Shown here: positions 23,538 to 35,597 of the stretch, piece by piece
Position numbering within the stretch: position 1 is the stretch's first letter
Layout: each line of letters starts with the position of its first letter
NCBI GenBank assembly: GCA_043228905.1
Contig: JBHGNT010000020.1
Location: forward strand, 8,556,001 to 8,620,000
Direction of reading: 5' to 3'
DNA: 64,000 nucleotides
Source of the DNA: Azolla caroliniana
Taxonomy: Eukaryota > Plantae > Polypodiophyta
Position numbers and translations under genes: made by a program
The notes under the pieces: model-generated
Told to the model about the DNA's origin: nothing
Seen by the model: only the letters and a program-made list of their open reading frames with translations
The model's database searches: none

Positions 23538-26500
23538 TCAATGCCACCCTACACACCAATTCATATGGCGAATATGATAATATGTGACCTTGCAGAGTTC
23601 TCTCTCTTCTTGGTTGAGATTTTGTGACTTCTCTAGCACTGCCAATTGCCACAAAAGAAGTCCTTTTAACTTAAGAACATATTTTCTCACCCCAACTTGT
23701 GAATAAAAAATGAAGGCATTCCGCATATTCCAATTGAACCATAGCCCCCAATACCTCAAGAACTCAAAAATAATTTGAAAATGAGGCATCGGTTCATTGT
23801 TCTCCATATGTGCAAAAACCCAACTGAACGAAGATAGACTTACTCCTGTTAGAGACATCCACACTAAACTGATACACCTCCAAACCATCCTTGCCATCGG
23901 GCATGAAATAAATCGATGCCTACTATGTTCCAATTCCACCGAACAAAAGAAACACAATCCTTTAGTAATGTTTCTTCTTTTTAATGCATCCCCTAATGGT
24001 AAAGCTCCAACCATAACTCTCCAAATAAATACCTTGGCTCGTAGCATCAATCGAGAACACCAACCTGCCTTGATCACATGAAACCACCAAGTAATGGGCT
24101 TATGAAAACCCCATATCTTTATAACCCTTTCTTCCAACCATTTATGTTTGTCAATCAACTTGTGATAAGCAACATTCATTAAGATCATAGTCAATCTCTT
24201 ATTTCCAACAAACCTCCAATCAAGCTCTTGAGATCTCTCATCTAAATCAGGAATTGGCTCATGCGAAGATAGTATTTGTTGCAACTTATCCCAAATAAAG
24301 TTATAACCTTTTGGAATACGAAATGTTGATCTTATTGTTCAAAAAGCCATTAATCTTCTTTGTGAAACCAACATAGCATCCTTAACTCTTACCAAACCCA
24401 ATCTAGCCATCCGATTAAATTGAAGGTTAAGAATTTGTTTACCTTCCCACCTCAACAACCTTGATGTTGCCAAAACCTCCATTTGTAATGAATTGGCACA
24501 TCCCCTTTCTTGTGGGGGATGCCATTCCACAAAATCCAACATACTTTGCCAAGATGTCAACAAATGATTAACTGTCATAGACCCTGTACATTTGACATCC
24601 CTGTCAGAATTAATTACATTCCACCAATTCGCTTCAACCTTCATGTTTCCAAGCTTTATTCCGTTCGTCTCTATAAAGTATGCCACCATTTCTATCCAAG
24701 GTTGTCCACCTTCAAACATGAATCGAATGAAAGTAAATCGACGAGCCACCATATGCTCATATAGATTCAATATTGATGCCCCACCAAGACGCTTCGGAGT
24801 ACAAACATGATCCCATGCCAACCATGACAAGGCACTTTTCCCTTTTCTTTTCCATAACAACATTCGCATCGAGCGTGACAACATTTCAAGAGCTTTCTTT
24901 GACCATGGGAGCAAAGGAAGATAATAAGATACCATAGAGACCATAATCGATTGGACCACCTTAAGTCGTACATGAAAAGGCCAAAATTGAGACCTCCGAT
25001 ACATAAACTTATCCTCCAACCTTTTGGATACCCACTCAATAAGTTTCACATGAGAAACTTCCACCCCAATTGGATATCCAAGATGACGACAAATCATACC
25101 ACCATGTACTATCCTTCCTGACCACCCCAACCCTAACACGTCTTGTTCTGTACATGAAATGAGGACAGATTTATGTATATTAATTCTCAACCCCGAAGCA
25201 TTTGAAAACAATTCCCACACATCTCTTGTCTTACTAATATTTTCCCGATTAGGTGCCAAAAACATAATATGGTCATCTGCGAGAGCTTGAACAATACATG
25301 GCTTCCCTGATGGCAACCTTAGTCCAAGCAATATTGTGTAACTTAACAAGAATAGGATGTGTCACAATAGTGAATAGTAAAGGACTTACCGGGCATCCTT
25401 GTCTAACTGACCTCCAAATAGAAATCGGTTGGGTTACTCCTCCATTAAACATCACATGTGAAACCGAACCCTCCCCTAATGTGTATATCAACTTAGACAT
25501 ACGATCACCAAAACCCATATGAGACATCAATTGATTTATAAATGACCAATCCACATTATCATAGGCTTTCTCGATATCCAATTGTAGCAACACTAATTCT
25601 TGTTTAGACTCCTTTGCATAGTCAATTGCCATTTGAACATTTAAAATATTATGTAAATTGTCTCTTTTTGCTAAAAACCCATATTGAGCATTATGAATAA
25701 TAGAAGGTAAAACCTTATGCAACCTATTGGCCATCACTTTTGCAAAAATCTTGTACATTCCCCCCATCAATGAAATAGGCCTCCATTGAGCAAAGGAAGA
25801 TGGAGAAGGCACCTTCGGCAAAAGCTTGATCAAACCAATCTTCCAATAATGAGGCATTTCCCCTTATGTCCACACCTTCTGAAATAAAATCGTAAAAGGC
25901 CCCTTTAACTTAATCACATATTTCTTAAAGAGTTCATGTGTTAATCCATCCCACCCAGGACTCTTATCATTAGCAAGATGTGACATGACATGTTCCACCT
26001 CATCCTCTGAAATATTAGCATCTAATGATTATGCCACATCATGCGATACATGATTTTTCACTCCATTAAAAAATACATCTCTATCCTTTTTAACATTATC
26101 ATCAATACACACTTGTACATGCAACAATTGTGTATAATATTCTATGCATTTCTTCACAATTTCTTGAGGATCGGAACACATGATACCATTTTCCTCTAAC
26201 CTTACCACATTATGTCGTGCATGTGATTCATGAAGGTCATGGAAAAACTTATGTGATTGACAATTAGCATCATCCACTTCTTGTCTTAGACGATGTAGTC
26301 TAGCATGTTGATAATTTTTTGCCGTTAGGTCATGCATCGCAGAAATTAATACCTCTTGATATCCCATCAACTCTACATCTGTTGGCCAATAAGTTAACAA
26401 TGAGTTGCATTTATCAAGCAAATTAACTAGGAGACTTAATTTCTTTCTCCTTTTAAAAGCATGGTGAATTCCATAATATCTAGTTAACCTCTGAACATTT

Positions 26501-27372
26501 GCAACAAATACTTCCCACGCTTCATACCCATCAAATTGAACACGATAGGCAAATGCATCAATCAATTGACACATATAGGCATGGAAGACCTCATGATCCA
26601 AAAATGATGAATTAAAAATCAACGGTGGTTTTCCTAAAAACTCATGAAAATCTCTAATTGAGTGGTGATTGAACTCAAAAATTAATGGGAAATGATCTGA
26701 TATAATTGACCCATAAGACACTGAAATATCCAAAATCTCTAGTAAAAAACCTTCGGTATGCATTACATACATTCGATCCAACCTACTCCAAGTATCCTTA
26801 TATTGAGCCAATTGAAAGGTATAACCAGGTTCATCTCCCTTGATCCATTTCCATACATCCCTTAACATGACTTCAGTCTCAAAATCTCCCCATTCTTGAG
26901 CCTCTGGTCCATCCATAATAGAGTGGATAGATGTTGATTGATCTATCTCACAACAAACATTAAAATCTCCCATCAATAAACCCGGTCTACCATTATGAAG
27001 CACTGAGTTTAGAGATCTCCATAACAACTTTCGTTCTTGTGAAACATTTGATGCATACACACCAACTAACCAAATAGCTTGCCCTTCATAACATATCTCT
27101 ACCACAATAAATCTTCCAAATTCATCTGAAACAATTACTTTTGGGTGAAATTTATCTCTTATAAACATGACAATCCCAGAATAATCCCCATGAACCTTGC
27201 TAGCATAACATAATGTATAACCCTTAGAATAACTAATTAAACCAACATTCCGATGATCTTTATGCTCTACTACACATAAAACATCCCATTGTTCACTTAA
27301 CACAATCCTCCAAACCTCATGTATTCTAAATCTAGAACACAATCCCCTCACATTCCATGTGGTGATCTTCAT
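23538..27372 (-). pseudogene. LINE ORF2: APE endonuclease, reverse transcriptase and zf-RVT, with stops and frameshifts
   Basis: MKITTWNVRGL, MGDFN, SRLDR and SDHFP endonuclease; WRPISL, LDIEKAYD, VRQGCPVSP and LADD RT; CFFC...H...C. Confidence 0.93.
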
Positions 27373-27521
27373 ACTTTATTTTTTCCTTTTATTCGAGAAA
27401 TCTCCTTCTCCTTCACTGCTAATGTTTCTGCCATATCCTGAAATAAATCCCCTAAGATTGCATATGAATTACTATGGGAATAATGTTCACATGAGGAGCC
27501 ATCGGGGTCTGGAGTTTTGAA

Positions 27522-27522
27522 A

Positions 27523-27586
<64 letters not shown>

Positions 27587-27640
27587 GTGTGGTTTTCTGT
27601 TTTTGCTTCTTTCTCTCTCTCTCCCTCTCTCTCTCCCTCT
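27522..27640. repeat. (CT)n microsatellite
   Basis: Long CT dinucleotide run. Confidence 0.9.
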
Positions 27641-27725
27641 CTGCGTGCTTCCTCTCGTGATTCTGATTCTCATGGTGCACATCCTCATCTTCCCCATCCA
27701 CTCTTTAATCATTCTATTGGTATAA

Positions 27726-28051
27726 GAAGGCACGTCCTTATCATTCTCATGGTGAATGTAGTTGGATTGGAGATGATGCTTGGATTGGTATTGGTTACGA
27801 TTGGATCTATGTCTATTATTATGCTGAGAAATTAGTTTCCATAATGCTAGAAGTATATTGGCAATGCATCCCTTATCCAGAGCGGTACGAAGGCACGTCC
27901 TTATCATTCTCATGGTGAATGTAGTTGGATTGGAGATGATGCTTGGATTGGTATTGGTTACGATTGGATCTATGTCTATTATTATGTTGAGAAATTAGTT
28001 TCCATAATGCTAGAAGTATATTGGCAATGCATCCCTTATCCAGAGCGGTAC
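27726..28051. repeat. Tandem duplication, 2 x 163 bp
   Basis: GAAGGCACGTCC...GAGCGGTAC at 27726 and 27889, nearly identical. Confidence 0.92.
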
Positions 28052-29086
28052 GATTTTATGAGCATTGCTATAGTTATGGTGACTTGCCCATTGGTGACGT
28101 TCAACAATGTTGATTTTATTGTATGTTTACTTATATGCATTGGTCGTTTTTATTGATTTTAGGCCAAATGCATATTTACTTTATGACATTGTGCTTGTAG
28201 TGGCCAACTTTGCTTGAGCCTAAGACCTTTGGCAGAAGACTATAAAGTTTGAGTATTCCATATAAGGATATAAGCAGCTTTCTAGTATCATTGTAGAAAG
28301 CTTGTATAACAGAAATAAGATATCTAGCTCATCATGAGTAACATGGCACGAAGTTCCTTATACCTGAACCCTACTTCCATCAATATAAATTTCCTTTCAT
28401 ATTAGGTAATGATATGCAATTTTCATGGCTAGGAGAGCTGGTAGACCCTAATAAGAAAAGGTGTTCCCTGAAATAACCCTTTGGTGTTACCTCACATTTT
28501 TGCTACATCATTACAACAACTCTAGCATTATTGGCATATATCTATTTCTTAATCACTCATGCTGACATTGTTCTATGGTAAAATCACTTCAGCAAACTCA
28601 CAAAATTGGATGGCTCTATGGGGCTTTATTGCATCACTCCATCACACTCGATAGAGGCATGATAATGCTCATCAATCATTCTTTCATTGTAATCTCATAA
28701 ATACAAAAACTTATGTAATCTTATCGATGAAGCTCTTTTGATTTAGTATGGATCAAAACACAATCCATATTTGTAGTTGCCAATCATAATCATATATGCC
28801 TAACCTTGAAGGTCAAATAAACACTCAATTCTCCCCTATATATATGCATGTCATTTAGCCATACCAATTTTTTCCCAATTAAAAAAGCTTTCTTACATCC
28901 ATTTTTTTTGCTCACATCATACTCACAACTTATAAATAGTGAGCAAAAAAAATTATATCACACTCACAACTCACATCCATTATATCATATTTATATCTGT
29001 CCACATCACACTCACAACTTATGGTACCTAAAGTGAGCCCTAGCCAGTTATAACAAGCCACTACTTACTTACCTACAAGTTACAAC

Positions 29087-32000
29087 CAGTGTTGGGCAAA
29101 GTCCCAGGAACAGTGTCAGCGTTCCGGTTGGGTTGGGACTTTTGCCGGCCAAGGTGGGGGGCAGCCGGAATTGATTCCGGCTAGGTTTTCCTACCAACCG
29201 GAATCTAGCCGGTTCATATTTTTTGAACCGGCTATTTATATAGTTTGTAAAAATAAAAAGGTTAAAAAAAAACATATTCATTTACTCTTGAGCCTTTCCC
29301 CCCTTTTCCCCCTTTTTCCCCCTTTGCGTGTTTTTTCCCCCCCTCCTCTTTCTCTCTCTCTCTCTCTCTCTCATTTCTATCTCCCTCTCTGTCGACGATT
29401 TCTTTCTCCCTCTCTGACGACGATTTCTGTCTCCCTCTCTGTCAATTTCCATTTCACTCTGTCGATTTCTGTTTTTTCTCACAACTCCATCCTTCGGACT
29501 TCATCATTACTCGTTCCTCCTTCCTCGTTGATCGCCGCTCGCTCAATCGCCACTCGTCGCTCTCTATTGCAAGGTGAGTGCACAACTATAGTTTCTAAAA
29601 ATTTCCAATTAGGTTCATAAGAACAAGACCAGTTTGAAATGGCAGTTGTAAAATGCAGAATGTATGTTAAATAGTTCAAGTATTCTAAAATGCATTTTAT
29701 ACATAAAATGCACATTTTTAATAGCTATGTTTGTGAAGGTTTTGTTTCTTTATCACAATAATTAATGACATCCATGAATATTTGCTCAAATGCCTGATGA
29801 TTGCAATCCTGAATTATTGTTGCCTTTGCTTCCAACGTTCATTTTCCCGCTGGAGAAATAGTGTTTTTTGTACTAGAGGCAAGTACAGTGGATGTCCGTA
29901 AACTACGGTAATTATTTCAGAACATGGGCGAGAGAAATTAGAGTACTAGAATTTTCTTCTTCTTCTTCTTCTTCTTCATGAAACATGGCATGCCCATCAT
30001 CATCATGAATCATGGTATGCACATACTCATGATGAAACATGGTCTGTTGAGAAGTGGCATGCCTATCATGAATGATGGTGTGCCCATTGCCATCATCATC
30101 ATCACCACCACCATCATGAGATATGATATGCACATCATCATCATCCTGAACCATGGTACATCCATCATTATCATTTTCATGAACCATCATGGTATTGCCA
30201 TCATCCACATGACCACATTCTCTTTGAAACCTCATAATTCTTTCTCACTAACAATTCTTGCAAAGGAACAAGAAAGACCTTGAAAGAAAGTTTCAAGTGA
30301 TTAACTCATCTCCATAGCTGGATCTATAAGTGCTTTACCTCATACATCTTTGCAGCTAGCTGCTCCAATGGATATGGCTATTAGGATTTCAGAACGATGA
30401 TGGAAGCTAGAAGCTGGAGATATATCTAAATCATTTTTTAGGGGCATCAAAAGAGATTGTTGTATGTTTTGAGTGCATCAGAGTGCCTCTTCTGTCAATC
30501 AGGGTATGAAAGTTTGAGGCTTTCAAAAGGACACTGAGACTCTCTCAGAATTAGGCCTGTATTGGGATTGAGACCCTAATTTAATGGTGAAACCTTATAA
30601 AGTTTTAAGATGGCTTGCTTGCTGCTGTTGGATACACAGAAAACAATCAGAGTCAACAAGAAGAGAGAGGGAAACAAAGGCTCTGCTTTCCTCTGTTTTT
30701 TTGTTTTCAAAAAAAGGCAAAGAAGAGGAGAGAAGTGGCAAAGAAGAGGAGAGAAGTGCATGGGCCCATGATTCGTGGCAAGTGTGTTTAACCATGAGAA
30801 AGAATATCATAAACTTTTTGGGCCTTCGCACTCCGTGATTTGGTACAATGGTCCGAATTTGTCCCGAAATATATAATGGTAATTGCCTCCAATATAGCAT
30901 GCATAGCATATGTCAATGAAATGCTCATTTGTTTGTATTCCCCTCCCACATAGATTTCATAACTTGCTACTAGTTGTCGTTTTCTCCCGTCTATTTGTCT
31001 CCTAGTTTGAGCCGAATGCGAACAATTGTGTACTTGTCAATGGTCTTGCTCATTTTTTTCATGTAAGATGTGGAACTACGTATCTAAGAGAGTATGTTGA
31101 TGTCATTAGGAACGAGTTGGAGCAAGTGATTTGATAACATGTCATCCTGATTCCTAACCCATGTTCTCTCGGTTTTATATCGCTTGATTTGCTAAGCTTT
31201 AAACCAATGAGTCCCTAACCAATGTTGTAGTGACGGTTCATAATCAATACATTGCATGGTAATTTCAATTACTTTAAACAAACTTACCATAAACCTTAAG
31301 ATGAAGTGGTGCTTTCAATATAGATGTAGCAAGAATTGTTACATATGCTCATGTATTTCATATTGTCTCTATGTAAATAGATTTGTATGAAGATCCAAGA
31401 GTAGCATACAAGTTTAGGACAAGTCAAGATAGAGTAGCATAATTAGTGTAAACACCACGAGGCCACTTTGTGCATATTTGGATACACATGTATGATGTGT
31501 ACAATGTATTGCTCAAACTTTTGACTTTATGACCCAAACATGAGACGAAGACAATGCATGCATGAGACGAAGACAATGCATGTATGTCTCATTGATAGTG
31601 AAATTATTTTGAGGTTTTGACATTCAATTTAAGAGTTTCAATTGCGTTTTGCATCGAACACGCTAAGAAAGAGATGAACTAGTAAATAGTGAAGATATGT
31701 ATTATTTATCATTTGCATGTGCGTGTAAGCTAATGTGAGGCTTCCTCTTTCTTCTTTATTTTTTTATAGATTGGAAGATCCATAGTGGAAACTCAATCTT
31801 TTATAGCCTCGCAATCTTCCATATATTCCAGGTATTTTAATTTTCTTATTCTCTTTGGAAAACATGGATTGTGTATGTATGTTTCCCTTTCTTGTAAATG
31901 AAAATGATAGATTATGATTGTTCAATATACTCTACCTTATTGTTACAGTATGTCGCACAACAAAAATAGCAAAGGCAAGGGAAAACAAATGAGCCTTCAT

Positions 32001-33902
32001 ACAATGCCTTGTTTTAGGAAGAACATGTCATCTTCTAATGAAGATGTGTCTCTCGAAGAACCTATAAAAGACCAACAATACTCTCAAGAGTCAATTAATG
32101 AGATAAATAGAGTTAGTAAGGCGAAACTAAGATTTCAAGAAGATTGGCCTACTAAATTTAAGTGGCTTCAAGAGGATTTAGAAACTGGGCTTCTATGGTG
32201 TAGTTATTGTAGGAATGACCCACATTGTAAGTCCTTATTTGGAAAAACAAGTGCAAAAATTTTTAAGACTTCTGCATTAGAAGAACATGCAAGAAGTGTG
32301 GCCCATCGAGATGCCATTTTGTTACAAGAACGAGACAAGAATGGTCTTGAAAAATGTGCATCAAAGAAAAAAGCTAGTGTGGATTTAGCAGTTGAAAAAT
32401 TGTTTAAATGTGCATATTTTATAGCTAAAGAGGATTTGGCATTTAGAAAATTGGAAAACCTCTTACGTTTATTAAGAGAGTGTGGTGTGGAAGGCCTTCC
32501 ACGAATGTACAATGATAATAAGGCTTGTGCAAGCTTTATCTTGCACATTTGCAAGGCTCTTGAAGCCGAGATATATGAAAGGTTGAGGACAAGTCCTTGG
32601 TTTGGGCTTATGGTAGATGAAGCTACCGATGTAAGTGTGACCAAGAACTTGATCCTTTACGCTACATTTGTGGAAGGAAGGCAAGTACGAACCTCTTATT
32701 TAGGGGTACTTGTAGTAGAGGATGGTACAACAAAAACAATAACAGAAAACATTTTAGCGTTGTTAAAAAAGTGGAACTTAGATGTTAGAAAAATGATGGG
32801 ATTTGGAAGTGATGGAGCATCTGTTATGGTAGGTATGTCTACAGGTGTTGCTACAAGATTGAAGTCATATAATCCATTTATGACTTCATTACATTGTTGT
32901 GCACATCGAACAAACTTGTGTGTGCAAGAGGCTTCAAAGAACGTCGAAGTCAAAGAAACATGCAAGCAGTTAGATGCCCTTGTGAATCGAGTGGCTGCAC
33001 ATTTCTCGAGGAGCTCAATGCGCCAAGGTGAATTAAGTAAGATGCAAGATGCATTAGAATACACACATTTGCATATTCTTGGGATTGTGAAGACATGATG
33101 GCTTAGTCGGCATGGTGCTATCATGAGGGTATGTGATGTGTATGAACCCTTGATGAAGACTTTGCAATCGCAAAGTGATGCATACAATGTATTCTTGAGT
33201 TTAAGAAACTTTAAAGTAGTGTATATGCTTCACTTCCTTGCAGATGTACTTAAGATCATGTCTACATTAAGTATGGAATTTCAAAAGGAATATGTGGATG
33301 TGACATGCATTGGAGGTTTGGCTATGATAGCCATTGGGGAGATAGAAGAACAATTTTTACATCATGTTATGATGGATCTGAATGGTTTTGAGAAGGATAA
33401 CGATAATTATCCAATTATTCCAGAATATGGTAGAGAAAAAGGAATGCTTTCAGTTTTACGAGATGCCACAAAAGGTAATATGTATAAAAGCATCCTCATC
33501 GATAGAAGTGTTGATGGTGAGGACTTAATTGAAGCCATACAATTCCAAACTTTGTTTTCTAAGGCATTGATAGAGACAATAAAAAAGAGGTTTCAAGATC
33601 CGGTGACTCTTTCCGCATTGAAAATGTTATCACCAATGAACATGTCTACCGGATCTACAAGCATTTTAGCACGAAAAACTATGGGTCTTAATGAGTTGAA
33701 AACACTTGGAAATTTTTATGGCATTCAAAAAATGATAGATGGGAAAGCGTTTTCTCCCATAATTGATAATGATAAATTGTATGATGAATATGCAATTTTC
33801 AAAAGGCAAGCTACCACGGAATGGCTTGGAAGAGATTTCTTAGATGTTTGGGGTATGATAAATTGTAATGATGTGTGGAAAGAAAAGCTACCAATATCAT
33901 AA
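29087..33902 (+). mobile_element. hAT-superfamily DNA transposon, 3'-truncated
   Basis: Putative left TIR CAGTGTTGGGC at 29087 followed by CCGG-rich subterminal repeats; transposase downstream; no right TIR found. Confidence 0.7.
31950..33902 (+). pseudogene. hAT transposase (ZNF862/Tip100-like), one in-frame stop at 33096-33098, C-terminal dimerisation region missing
   Basis: RFQEDW..KFKWL...CSYC...H.....H zinc finger; LMVDEATD, FGSDGASVM, HCCAH and KT*WLSR motifs; ORFs 31914-33098 and 33123-33902 share one frame. Confidence 0.88.
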
Positions 33903-33980
33903 ATGGAAAAAACGAAAGAATGGTAATGCAATGTCATGGTTGTACAAACTTCCTTTTCCAAGGTATTTTGCTTAATAATG

Positions 33981-34179
33981 CAATGCAAATAAATACAAGG
34001 ATACAGACACGCACACTTGGGGCTAGACTAAGCCATACATGAAGAAAGAAATATATTGTTTCTTCAACATGCATACAAGTCACAATGCAAATAAATACAA
34101 GGATACAGACAGGCACACTTGGGGCTAGACTAAGCCATACGTGAAGAGAGAAATATATCGTTTCTTCAACATGCATACA
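33981..34179. repeat. Tandem duplication, 2 x ~102 bp
   Basis: CAATGCAAATAAATACAAGG... at 33981 and 34083. Confidence 0.9.
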
Positions 34180-34304
34180 TGGATTGTGAATAAAAGTAAA
34201 AAGAAAGGAAGGGAAGCTTAGATTGAAAAGTAGATTCCAAGGCTTTACAAACTCGCCATGAATTCAGAGCTTTTTATTTTTCAAAAGCAACCCCCCCCCC
34301 CCCC

Positions 34305-34520
34305 CAACTTAACGTTTAGACCATGAATCCATCCATCCACATGTGAAATAACATTCACACACGTGACACAACTTAACGTTTAGACCACCCAACAATTATC
34401 CCAACACCCGAATCTATCTGTCTGTCTATAGTGATCGATCCATGAATCCATCCATCCACATGTGAAATAACATTCACACACGTGACACAACTTAACGTTT
34501 AGACCACACAACAATTATCC
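34305..34520 (+). promoter_or_regulatory. Duplicated promoter module with CACATG and G-box CACGTG upstream of the CSL gene
   Basis: Identical ~68-bp blocks at 34321 and 34440; CAACTTAACGTTTAGACCA occurs three times. Confidence 0.55.
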
Positions 34521-34596
34521 CCTTCCTTTCTATTTCTATCTGTGTATATCGCAAATCTGTTTTGTAACTACTAGCAACTCCGCTCCCACCCCCCAA

Positions 34597-35562
34597 ATGG
34601 CCGCCACTCCGCCGCCGCTTCCCCTTCATGAGCTGGTGGCGGATCCTCGTCTACAAACACATCAGCGCTACGCAAAACCTGCCTTCATCCTCCGCTCCCT
34701 CTTCCTCCTCCCCCTCCTTCCCCTCCTCCTCATCTACCGCCTCCGCCCTTCCTACTACTATCACCACCACCACCACCACCACCACCATCATGATATGCCC
34801 CACCTCCTCCTCCTCGCCACCGCCTTTCTCTGCGAGCTTTGGCTCTCGTTGCAAGCTCACCTCTCCATTTTCCCCAGGTTGCGTCTCATACAACGCCTGG
34901 TTCACCCCTCCAGGCTCTTCTTGCCCACTGCCCATGCCCATGCCCATGGACAGCTGCTGGATGAGCTGCCCGCTGTGGATGTCTTCGTCACCACCGCCGA
35001 CCCTCTCAAGGAACCCCCCATCATCACACTCAACACCCTGCTCTCAGCTCTCGCACTCGACTACTCGCCACGTCGCCTCTCCTGCTACGTCTCCGACGAT
35101 GCCGGATCCCTCCTCAACCTTTGGGCCATCAAGCTCGCCGCCGCTTTCGCCATCCACTGGGTTCCATTCTGCCGACGCTTCCCCTCCATCACACCTCGAG
35201 CTCCAGGCCCGCATTTTGCCAAGCATAAACATGCACCCGACTCGACACACGTGCCAAACGCCTCCTCCTCTCATGCTTCGGGTTTTGCCGCTGAATGGAC
35301 AACTATGAAGGTACGTAGGTCTTAACTGATGATCCCGCACAATCTCTGCCTGGTTTTATAGGAATAATTGTTGGATGATGGAGACGATTACGTATATGTA
35401 AAAAAACATTTGAAGGACAGGCCAAGTACAAGGAGCTGGAGCGCAGGGTGACATCCATGACGCAGAGATATGGAGATCATCGCTCCAAGGCAGAGGCTCT
35501 GAAGATGATGCTTGCAGACGTAATGATGGAGACTGGGTTGATTCATAGTTACAGCAGATTAG

Positions 35563-35597
<35 letters not shown>

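Larger units (their letters stand above)
27369..28600 (-). pseudogene. LINE ORF1 remnant
   Basis: Its stop overlaps the ORF2 ATG (GTATGAAG); degenerate YSLLPK...KVGHYK zinc-knuckle-like segment near 28185-28250; interrupted by (GA)n and a tandem duplication. Confidence 0.5.
23415..28900 (-). mobile_element. L1-clade LINE, degenerate
   Basis: A-rich 3' tail near 23411-23430; ORF2 with EN-RT-zinc finger; ORF1 remnants upstream; 5' boundary approximate. Confidence 0.85.

Noticed and set aside
27369-27913. ER/RE-repeat protein gene
   Set aside because: Translation of a (GA)n microsatellite inside the LINE ORF1 remnant
31950-33902. Domesticated intact hAT-derived host gene
   Set aside because: In-frame stop in the conserved TRW motif, missing C-terminus and a retained TIR-like end
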